This document shows positions 26,283 to 35,564 of a stretch of DNA of 64,000 nt, in pieces. The DNA is from Elsinoe ampelina (lineage: Eukaryota). The notes beneath the pieces were generated by a model, which worked only from the letters and a program-made list of their open reading frames with translations, searched no databases and had not been told where the DNA came from. Location: contig ML992505.1 in NCBI GenBank assembly GCA_010093995.1, positions 473,433 through 537,432 of the forward strand, written 5' to 3'. Both the position numbers and the translations under genes were made by a program. Each line of letters begins with the position of its first letter. The first letter of the stretch is position 1.

Positions 26283-26551
26283 ATCAGAAATATCTCTGGT
26301 AGTGCTCGATTACATAATGTCTGGACATTTCCAATTTCGATACCCTGCTACCTTGAGCAATGTCAGACCTTTAGTCAGCTCACCGTCGTTCATCGCCCTC
26401 TGATCTGTCATCCACAAACACGAGCGAACATGCTTTCATCAGCAACACAGAAGACGTCCCGTCGCTCTGACCATTTCAACGCTATACCCTGTCCAGCCTT
26501 CCCGCGAAATAGCGCCGGATGAAATTCCGCCGTGACATCAGCCACGATCTA

Positions 26552-26592
26552 ACGCTTGCAAGGGGGTTTGTCAATCGACCCCCTTTGTCAAT
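26552..26592 (+). repeat. Left terminal inverted repeat (41 bp)
   Basis: acgcttgcaagggggtttgtcaatcgaccccctttgtcaat is the exact reverse complement of 28716-28756. Confidence 0.97.
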
Positions 26593-28715
26593 GACGATTT
26601 GGCTATCTATAAAGAGTAAAACTGCCGTCGCGGCCCGTGCCTCTAACCAATAGGAAGTGCTAAATTCAAACCTTATATCTCAAATTGCTACAAATTCTAT
26701 AGCTTTAAGCTCTTATGTAAAGCGTACTAATTTATACCACCTTTACTATAGATCTAGACAAGTAAATTACAGCTGTAAATAAGGTTCTAGATGATCCTTA
26801 AAATAAGCAAAGTCTTAAGGCTGTTGCTCTTGATTATTTAATCGATCCGTTAATGCTTTAGTACTGTTATAAGGGCTAAAGGCACTTATACTTAGTTACC
26901 TTTTAACATCTTTAATAATTTAATACCACCTTAGAAAAGGCCCTTATTAAGCATATCAAGTACCTTATTAATAGAGGCTTCCCTCCGGAGACTACTATAA
27001 TCATCTATCTCGCTAACTAATTACTTTAGTAGTAGTAGTTATAGATACCTTATCTATAGCATTCTTAGCCTTTAGCTCTTAGTGTGCACTAGTTGTTCTT
27101 CTTCCTTAATTGTTATTAAGAACTTACCCTCTACTACATTGCCTTACTAGAGCATATAAGGGCTTATTAAAGCTATTAACTAGAGGCAATCTAGTACTAG
27201 TTTAACTACCTTATAGAAGTACTTTTAAACTATAAGATTAAGCTAGAGAACATCTATAATATAGATAAGACTAGCTTCCTTATTAGATAGAGTAGCAAAC
27301 GCTTTTACACTATTAAGAGGTTAAAGAAGAAGTTCTTCTACATAGAACTAGACTAATAGATATAGGCTATATTAATTGAGATAGTTAGTGCTACTAGCTA
27401 GACTATACTACCTTATCTTATTCTCCGTAGTGTAATATTTATAGATAACTAGCATCTCTAGCTAGAGTAACTTAGTACTTAAAATTTAGTATAAGAAGCT
27501 TTACTAGGAGTCTCCGAAAATAGCTAGTCCTTAAGCCTTTATACTATTAAGTAGCTAAGGCACTTTAATAAGTATACTACGCTATCTAATTCGACTAAGA
27601 AGAGATTACTTCTCCTTAATAGTTATTACTCGTATAAGAGCATAGAGTTTCTTAAGCTAGCGTAGCACTATAATATTGTTATTCTCTAGCTACCTCCTTA
27701 TATAACTTACCTCCTATAACTCCTCGATATTACTATATTTAGTTACCTAAAGGACGCCTATTACGGTATAATTAATAAGCTTATAATATAGTAAGGTATC
27801 TAAGAGATAAATAACTAGCATTTTATTTAGTGCTATAGTTGAGTAAGAGATAAGGTTTTTATAGCCTTTATATAGAGTTAATTCTTCTAGCGTACTAGTA
27901 TAGCTCCTCTCGATTCTTTATAAGTTCTTTAATACCTTTATAAAGAAACACCTTCTCTCTTAGCTATGCTAGAAGAGGCTAATCTAGAGTAATATTGCTA
28001 AGTCACCCCTTAGTCGAATTACTAGTTCGATAGCTATACTTAATACGTAGTTACTTTACCCCTTAATAACAGTCTTAAAGATATTTACTATCTCGGAAAA
28101 GCCTTTAAAGCTTATAGTAATAAGCTTACCCTTCTCCGTGAGGAGAACTACTGCCTCTACTAAGGCCTTAAGTAAAACAAGAAGACATTCTCCTTACGTA
28201 TTACTAGTTTAACTGTCCTCTTCGCTACTAAGGCTCGGCAAATTCGAACTTATTATAATTACCTTACTACCCTTAAGCAGCAGAAGAAGCATACCTATTA
28301 AGGTAAGAGGTAAGCTAGCGAGGCCTTAAAGAGCTTAGAAGAAGGTACACTAGCTTAGTATAAGGCCTTATACTATTAAGATTACTTTAAGCACTATTAC
28401 GCTAAGGCTATAAAGAAGGTAAAAGAGTATAAGGCTAAGTACTTAGCTAGCTACACTTAATCCTCTATAGCTTAAATAGCTAGTTAAGCTGTCACTAGCT
28501 AATCTAGTAATAAGCCTATTACGCTAGAGTAACTTTTTATTACACTATTAATTCGTCTATATCGATAAATTACATGTGCTCTTTAGCTTTAGTTCCTCTT
28601 CGATTTTGAGCAATTTCTATGAAGCAATCCGACCGCCAAGAAGTACCAATTGTATGGCAATCCTCAGCCAATCGGTACGGCCGATTGGTCGTCAGGATTG
28701 GCTAAGATCGGCAAA

Positions 28716-28756
28716 ATTGACAAAGGGGGTCGATTGACAAACCCCCTTGCAAGCGT
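28716..28756 (-). repeat. Right terminal inverted repeat (41 bp)
   Basis: attgacaaagggggtcgattgacaaacccccttgcaagcgt. Confidence 0.97.
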
Positions 28757-29014
28757 TAGAAGCTCCCACCTTTTCCTCTGCCCCTCCCCTGCCCCGCCCC
28801 CAGTCTCTCGCTCCAGAAGAGATCCAAATCACGAGCTAAGACGTAATTGAATGACAGCCGCGGCATTGTTCATTGGTAAGTACTCGCTAAGCACCCTCAA
28901 AAGGTCCAGGTATTTGTCCATCTCTATTCCTCTTCCCTCGACCTCAACCACCTCCACTTCAACTTCCCATCTCACCACAACAACTCCATACAACAGGACA
29001 ACTCCACCCCCACA

Positions 29015-29596
29015 ATGTCCTCCGCCACCTCCTTCCGCCAACTCATCGGCGTGCCCCCCTCCACCGCCTCCCCCAACGACTCCACCCTCATCATCATCGA
29101 CGCCCAAAACGAATACGCCTCGGGCAAGCTCCAAGTCTCCAACGCCCCCACCTCACGCAAAGCCATCGCCTCTCTCCTCGAGAAATACCGCTCGGCCGGC
29201 GGGGACATTGTCCACGTAGTCCACCAAACCCCGGAAGGCGCCCCGGTCTTCACGCCCAACACGCCTCTCGCGGAGGAATTCGAGGAACTAGCCCCCAAGC
29301 CAGGGGAGAAGGTCATCGCGAAGCATCACCCGAGTAGTTTCGCGGACACGGATCTGGATGAGTACTTGAAGGGCAAGGGGCAGAAGAAGGTGGTGCTCAC
29401 GGGGTACATGGCGCATGTTTGCGTGTCGACGACGGCGAGGCAGGGGGCCCAGTTGGGGTATGATGTTGTGCTTGCTGAGGATGCGATTGGGGATAGGGAT
29501 ATTCCTGGGGTCGAGGCGGAGGAGTTGACGAGGGTGGCGTTGCAGGAGATTGCGGATGCGTTTGGGACGGTGGTAAAGAGTGGGGATATCAAGTAG
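29015..29596 (+). CDS. Isochorismatase-family cysteine hydrolase
   Basis: [30 protein letters not shown] (Asp-Lys-Cys triad). Confidence 0.9.
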   Translation: MSSATSFRQLIGVPPSTASPNDSTLIIIDAQNEYASGKLQVSNAPTSRKAIASLLEKYRSAGGDIVHVVHQTPEGAPVFTPNTPLAEEFEELAPKPGEKVIAKHHPSSFADTDLDEYLKGKGQKKVVLTGYMAHVCVSTTARQGAQLGYDVVLAEDAIGDRDIPGVEAEELTRVALQEIADAFGTVVKSGDIK

Positions 29597-29730
29597 GTGG
29601 TGGAGTCGAGGGGGTGTGTGGTTGTGTCCAGTCGTGCGCTCCGTTTTGGTCCTGAGGAGGGGGGATTTGTAGATATGATCGTGTCATAGGATAGTGGGCC
29701 GAGTTCATGATCCTTGTACCATGAGTCTGT

Positions 29731-30800
29731 TCAGTCCGCGTGTTGAAGAAGATGTATCCGTAGACCAGTGAATGCATGCCCACTGTTCGGCACTTCCGGA
29801 AACCCCAACGATGAGTGTGATTGTTGCATCCTTTTTGCGGCCTGCAGATTCGTCTTGATCTCTTCTGTAGATAAATCGGAGCTGAAAACTTCGTCCTCGC
29901 TTCCCTTGGACGACCTTTCCAGCCCCTCAAGGTAGCTTTCAGTCCCCTTCAACCCGGAGGATACATAGACCGGACATGTCTCAGCATGCACCAGTATCGC
30001 CGCCTCGTAACGGAAATCCAGAAATGGCACAAAGAGGAATGTGTGCTGATCCGTCACCAACTTGTCTTCCAGCGAGAGAACTTTGAATCCAAGAGACTCC
30101 AAGAACTTGGTATCTGTGGTAGAGAAAGCAGGATCCCTGACCTCCAGTGTGATATCGCCACCAGAATGCCTCCCCACTGCTAGAGTCAGCACACGTGCTC
30201 GTTCCTCGATTCGCAGCACCTACTATCATCAACGATAACCATAAACACCGCTAATTGCCACAAACTCCTATCATCCGTCCTCGCCGTAAACGATCCCAGA
30301 GCAAGACAGACCGCCCGATCAATCCTCATCCCCCTGCCTCCCTCCCCACTCCCCCTCTCACTCCCATCCCCACCCTCCTCGACACGCACCGTCCACGTCC
30401 CCCGCCCATCCCCCTCCCCTCGCAATCCCCCTTCCACTCCCTCCTTCCCACCCTCCCCATCTACCCCNNNNNNNNNNNNNNNNNNNNNNNNNNNNNNCGT
30501 CGCCTCCCACTCCCTCCTCCGCCTCTCATACCCCCTCCTCAACTCCCCCACCGTTGCCCCCGTCACGTTCCGCGGCGGTCCGGGCTCGATCCGGTGTCCC
30601 TCCCCACCACGTCCAGCCTGCCCTCCACGCCTCCCCCTGGCGGCGTTGGAGCGGACGACTTTGGACCAGCCTTGTTCGGCTTCTCCTTCTCCTTCTCCTG
30701 CTCCGTCGCCGGAGACGGGGATGGGGATGGGGACGGGGGCGGGGATGGTGATCAGTTTGCCAGGGTGCTTATTTTTGTTCTTGCGGGCGGTGTGTGGCAT
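29731..30800 (-). CDS. SRR1-like domain protein (spans an assembly gap)
   Basis: MPHTARKNK at 30800; AVCLALGSF, SLWQLAVF, DPAFSTTDTKFLESLGFKVL, TFLFVPF; intron 30180-30223 restores the frame. Confidence 0.65.
30468..30497. other. Assembly gap (30 N)
   Basis: Run of n within a poly-C-rich low-complexity tract. Confidence 0.99.
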
Positions 30801-31068
30801 GGTGATTCGAGGGAGAAAGGGATGGCCGAGCAGAGATTTGTGCATGGGAAAAAAAATCTTGGGTGACAGGGCACGTGGGCACGTGGACTTTTGTCACTAC
30901 CAGATCTCGCCTCTGAAGACAGTCAAGCGCAAGGATATCAGAATGGGGACGGCATGGATTAGGGGTGCTGATTAAAGTGGTATCTCAAAGTATGCTACGA
31001 GAAAAGGAAACCCTCCCCCCCTCTGCCTTTTGCCTCGCTGCCTTCGCCTCACGCCGCTCCGCTGCGCT

Positions 31069-34000
31069 TCACCCGGAAGCAGCAACCGGCCTCCCCCCCA
31101 GCCTCAACACCCCAGGCGGCGAATGCTCATCGACATCCACATCGACCTTCCCCTTCGCCTCCCCTGGCCCCTTCCCTCTCCCCACCTTGCCGTCACCAGG
31201 CGACTCAACCTTGGTACTATCCGTCTCATTGCCCCCCTCATCCTCCCCATCGCCCTCCCCCTGTCCCTCCCCCTCCACCTCCCTCTTCCCCCCTCTCACG
31301 GCCCCCACATCCCCCGGCCCCGGATCCTTCGCCTTCACCTCCTCCCAAGTCTGAGGCTGATCCGCCATCTTCATCTCCCTCTGCCTCTGCTTGAAAAACT
31401 TTTGCAAATCCTTGCGGTTCTTCGCGCTCTCCAGCGCGCGCTCGGTGGCGGACACGTTCTCCAGCGCCCCCGTGCGTTCCCACTTCTTGCGCTCCTGACG
31501 CACGCGCCACGCCCCGACGAAGCGGCCGCCTGCTTGCTTGTACTGCGCCGCGGCGGCCCAGACTTCGTTCATGGTCTTCCAGCCGTCGTCGACGCGTTGT
31601 TGGATGTCGCGGAGTTTGCGCTCGCCGTCGTCTTCGGAGGTGACGGCTTTGATGTCTTGTTGCCCTTGGATGATGTGGGCTTTGCGTAGCCAGGTGTTCC
31701 CGCGGGAGATGGGGCCTTGGCTGCGTCGGCGGATTTCTTTGCGGAGTCCTTGGCCGAAGAAGGCGGGTGTGCTGACGAAGGCGCTGGTGGGCTTGAGTGC
31801 GGCGCCGCCGATGCCTTTGCCTACGCCGGTCCAGAAGCCAGCGAATTTGGCGGCGGGGCCTTCGGAGTACTTGACGCCGTTGATGGGTTGGGTGAAGATG
31901 CCGCTGACGCCGTCGTAGATGCCGAAGCAGAATTCGTTGCGGGCGGCTTTCATGCCGGATTTGACACCGTTGATGCGCATGGGTTTGCGGACTGTGGAGT
32001 CACCGTAGAGGCGAGGCGCGTTGTGGAAGCCTTGAGCTACGGCGAGGTGCATGTCCAATGGAGCCCAGAACAGTGAGGCGAAGGCTCGTCTGACACCCAT
32101 GCCAGCATCCTCAGCTAATTCGTGCGCTAGAGATTCCTTCGGCTGTTCGGACAGCTGTGAGCCTAAAGTCGAGCTGGTTGCTGCATGTTGAGGCGCATTC
32201 GGTCTCTGCGTCGTCCTCTCAGGAGAATCGGTTGAGTCGTTGGGCGCAATGTCCCCTCGCTCCTCCGCATCCACCATTGCCTTGGCCTCTTTCTCCGCCC
32301 TCCTCTCTTCCCTCTTCTTTTCCGACTTTCTCTTTCGCCGCGCGATCTCCTTCCTCTTCCTTACATGCTCCTCCATCCTGTAGGGTATCATACCAATGCC
32401 TTTGCCAAATCCATGCACAGATCGCATTACCGCCCCTCCAGCGCCGGAGATGGGCTCTCCCGGTCCATCGAAATCATTATAGTCGTAATGTCGGAGTAAG
32501 TGTAGCTGATTCCACTTGATCTTCCTCTCCTCGATCAGTAGCTCCGCCGCCAGCGTCGAAAGCCGTAGATTCGAGTGCTTCAATTTCCACACTGCTACTC
32601 TCTCCTCAAGAATGCTGCATCGCATGTTATGGTGACCTGCGAGTGGCAAGCTCCTCTCAAAACTCTTTACCGCGTTCTCCGCTCCATCACCTTCATTCTC
32701 GATGCCCTCGGCAATTCGTTGAGCATTCTCCCTCGCCTCATCCGTCATGCATTGCTTGATACCCTCGGCTAATCTCTCGGCTGTCAACTTCTTGTAGGGA
32801 ATACTGCTGTGCGCTCCGGCTTTATTGTCGGCAATCATGGCACCCCAGAAGGGCTGGTCACCGAAGAAGGGTACAATGACCGTCGGCTTGCCGCATTTGA
32901 GGCCGATAGCACTCGTCCCAGCGCCACCGTGATGAACGACTGCGGCGCATCTCGGGAACAGCCAGTCATGAGGAGTATTCTCAAGCATGAAGACGCCTTC
33001 TGGCGCGTCACCTTTGCCGCCGAAACCTCCCCATCCTTTGCTGACGAGAGCACGCACGCCGGAGAGCTTGACCGCTTCGAAGATGAGTTTCGTGAATCGA
33101 TCGGGATCATCAACGACAATACTGCCAAAGCCGATATAGACAGGTGGATCGCCTGCATCCAGGAATTTCTGTAACGCATCCGGTGGCTTAAAGTTGCTCG
33201 CAAGGTCAAGGAAGACAAACCCGGTGACATCAATTTCTGGACCCCAGTCTTTCGGCTTGGGAACGAGTTCCGGACTCCACATGTAGGTGTAAGGTACCTT
33301 CATGCGCCATAAAGCATCAGGGGCCCAGAAACTGCTCACGGGCTCGAGGCCCAGTGTCCGAACGCGGAACGAGTTGACTAGATCTCCGAGTCCTTGCCAG
33401 GTCATCATCTCGACTAAAGCATATGACATGAAGTTGACATATCCAGCATCGACGTTACCTTTTGATGATTTGATGTTGGCGAGAGGATGAGGGAATTGAG
33501 TGGTCGGAGAGTAGGGGAAGGTGAACATCATGTGCAGAGGGATACCAAGTCGTTCGGCGATGTGAACGTGAGCGAAAGATGGTGGGTTGGCAATGATGGC
33601 ATCTGCAATGAAAGGTTGTTTCTCCCCCATCATGCGATAGTTGAGCTTGTCCTTCTCGTCGTCGGTAGCGTTTATGCAAGATCGCCAGAAGCCTTCGAAC
33701 ATTTCCGCCATTGCTGCTCGTCGTTTTGCGATCTCGCCTTGTCGGACAGTCTCGAAAGAAGGGATCAGACCGGGATTCTTGACCATGAATGCCATCAATT
33801 CTGATGGATCTCCACCGACACTGAAGAAATCGAGGCCTATGTCTTTCTCGACAAAGTCACGAAAGGCAGGATGGGTCGCTATCCGTACTCGATGACCTCT
33901 TTCTCGTAGTATCTGTCCAATCTTGAGGAATGGCTGAATATCACCTCTTGACCCAATAACCATTATGACAATGTTGAGTCTGGGCTTTGGAATATTCTTC

Positions 34001-34857
34001 AGCCCGTCGGTGATTCGTTTCGCCTCTGCATCTGCAAACTCGGCCGATGCATTTTTTGACTGGCGGACAGATGACCTGTGTGTGATATCCAGGTGATTAC
34101 GTATCGATTTGCCCAACCATTTGGCAACTCTGCCCGAGTTAACATTCTCGTTGATCGAAATCCTAAGTCGACCGTCGCGTTTTGACACCTTTCCCTTTGT
34201 CTGGTATTGATCATTGCCGAGCGCGATACGGTTGTACGATTGTGTCCGTTGAACTTGTTTTCGCTTCCTCTTCTCCTCTGCGGAAACACCTGCCAGGGTT
34301 GAGGTACTTTTCGTGATTGGCTCGATTTCCTCTTCTTCAGACTCTGATGAGCTTGATGTGTCACTCTCTGATGACGAAACATCGTTGTAGCGGTATGAGT
34401 ATGCGGCGCGACCAGTTGGACGTGTTTTTCGGGGGGCGCTGTTCGATCGCTTCAGTTCAGGCTCCATAGGCGTGGTCATGCTTTTCCGATGGCGTGTCAG
34501 GTTTTCTGTTACAGAACCACGCTCCAACGATGGACGCATATTCCCTACTGGTGCTGTACCTGCTCGTTGTATCTGGGGTCCTCTTAGAATAGGCGACGAG
34601 ACTCGTCCTGCGGTCTCTGGCGTGGCATGATCTATACGTTCGGTATCTGGGTCGAGCGTTTTCCCTTCACGCTTCAAACAAAAGTACTCAGGTCCCTGCT
34701 CTTGTCCCGTCTCCGACCTCTTCCTTCGCTCTCCCTGCGGTGTTGTGAATTCGGTGACGGTACCACTCGACATGGCTTCTCGATTATCCGGATCAAGAGA
34801 GTCCATGATGTTCTCATTCGAATCCGGCAGGTCTTTATTATTGACGAGAGACGCCAT
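31069..34857 (-). CDS. GT1 glycosyltransferase, sterol 3-beta-glucosyltransferase-like (UGT80-like, no PH/GRAM domains seen)
   Basis: IGSRGDIQPF, VRIATH, ANPPSFAH, YIGFGSIV, PHDWLF, HHGGAGT, PFFGDQPFWG, AQGFHNAPRLYGD. Confidence 0.88.
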   Translation of the reverse strand: MASLVNNKDLPDSNENIMDSLDPDNREAMSSGTVTEFTTPQGERRKRSETGQEQGPEYFCLKREGKTLDPDTERIDHATPETAGRVSSPILRGPQIQRAGTAPVGNMRPSLERGSVTENLTRHRKSMTTPMEPELKRSNSAPRKTRPTGRAAYSYRYNDVSSSESDTSSSSESEEEEIEPITKSTSTLAGVSAEEKRKRKQVQRTQSYNRIALGNDQYQTKGKVSKRDGRLRISINENVNSGRVAKWLGKSIRNHLDITHRSSVRQSKNASAEFADAEAKRITDGLKNIPKPRLNIVIMVIGSRGDIQPFLKIGQILRERGHRVRIATHPAFRDFVEKDIGLDFFSVGGDPSELMAFMVKNPGLIPSFETVRQGEIAKRRAAMAEMFEGFWRSCINATDDEKDKLNYRMMGEKQPFIADAIIANPPSFAHVHIAERLGIPLHMMFTFPYSPTTQFPHPLANIKSSKGNVDAGYVNFMSYALVEMMTWQGLGDLVNSFRVRTLGLEPVSSFWAPDALWRMKVPYTYMWSPELVPKPKDWGPEIDVTGFVFLDLASNFKPPDALQKFLDAGDPPVYIGFGSIVVDDPDRFTKLIFEAVKLSGVRALVSKGWGGFGGKGDAPEGVFMLENTPHDWLFPRCAAVVHHGGAGTSAIGLKCGKPTVIVPFFGDQPFWGAMIADNKAGAHSSIPYKKLTAERLAEGIKQCMTDEARENAQRIAEGIENEGDGAENAVKSFERSLPLAGHHNMRCSILEERVAVWKLKHSNLRLSTLAAELLIEERKIKWNQLHLLRHYDYNDFDGPGEPISGAGGAVMRSVHGFGKGIGMIPYRMEEHVRKRKEIARRKRKSEKKREERRAEKEAKAMVDAEERGDIAPNDSTDSPERTTQRPNAPQHAATSSTLGSQLSEQPKESLAHELAEDAGMGVRRAFASLFWAPLDMHLAVAQGFHNAPRLYGDSTVRKPMRINGVKSGMKAARNEFCFGIYDGVSGIFTQPINGVKYSEGPAAKFAGFWTGVGKGIGGAALKPTSAFVSTPAFFGQGLRKEIRRRSQGPISRGNTWLRKAHIIQGQQDIKAVTSEDDGERKLRDIQQRVDDGWKTMNEVWAAAAQYKQAGGRFVGAWRVRQERKKWERTGALENVSATERALESAKNRKDLQKFFKQRQREMKMADQPQTWEEVKAKDPGPGDVGAVRGGKREVEGEGQGEGDGEDEGGNETDSTKVESPGDGKVGRGKGPGEAKGKVDVDVDEHSPPGVLRLGGRPVAASG

Positions 34858-35564
34858 TGTTCTTGACAGTCGAAGTGTTCGACTATAAAGTCGCGAACGA
34901 CTGTGAGACGCGACGAGTCCCTATCAGTGCCTGTAACACGACTGACATGTGTATGACATGGGAGTAATTCGTGAACCCGCTAAGGGAAACCTGCTTTGTT
35001 GCCAAGGTGGAGACTTGCTTTCGATGCAGATCTGTACCTGACTCGTGGGCCGAATATGCGGACTATGTTGTCAGACAGTGTCAACGGGGACGATCTCTTG
35101 TGGTGAGTGAACGGAGAATGTCGCGGTCCGAGGGGGATTGCAATTGAAGGGTTCACGTGTTCCATTATTGTGCTCGGGGAATGAAGCTAATCGATGCTTT
35201 CGCTTAGTTTTGACGAAGACTTTACCAGCCGTCCTATGACGTAGGGACCATCAACCCCAATCTGGAGCCGAGTCATTTCCGCAGAGCCGCAATAGACGTC
35301 GATCAGGAACCAGCTCCTCCAAGAATGTCTGTCTGCCGTGTTTGCCGGAAACGCTCACTTTTTTATCACTAGCACAATATTGGACATTCAGGCAAGGTAA
35401 GGAATGAATCAATTCAATCTCCAATCAACGTGCCTCAAGCACTGGGTCAAGTGTACAGGTCAGAAGCATAATGCCGATTCCCAATGACAAAAATCAAAAT
35501 GGCTCAATGATAGTCCCTGTCGGATGCCCGCCGTGGCTCCTCTTTTCTTACTCCCACTTGATCC

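Larger units (their letters stand above)
26552..28756 (+). mobile_element. Full-length Fot1/pogo-type (Tc1/mariner superfamily) DNA transposon inactivated by RIP
   Basis: Perfect 41-bp TIRs; TA on both sides (26550-26551, 28757-28758); AT/TpA-rich interior. Degenerate DDE transposase: NIYNIDKTSF (cf. NMDETGF), LLLLNSYYSY (cf. LLLDGHxSH), LPPYITYLL*LLD (cf. LPPHTTHLLQPLD). Confidence 0.95.

Noticed and set aside
24466..29596. P450 plus isochorismatase as a secondary-metabolite cluster
   Set aside because: No PKS, NRPS or terpene synthase backbone gene in the window.
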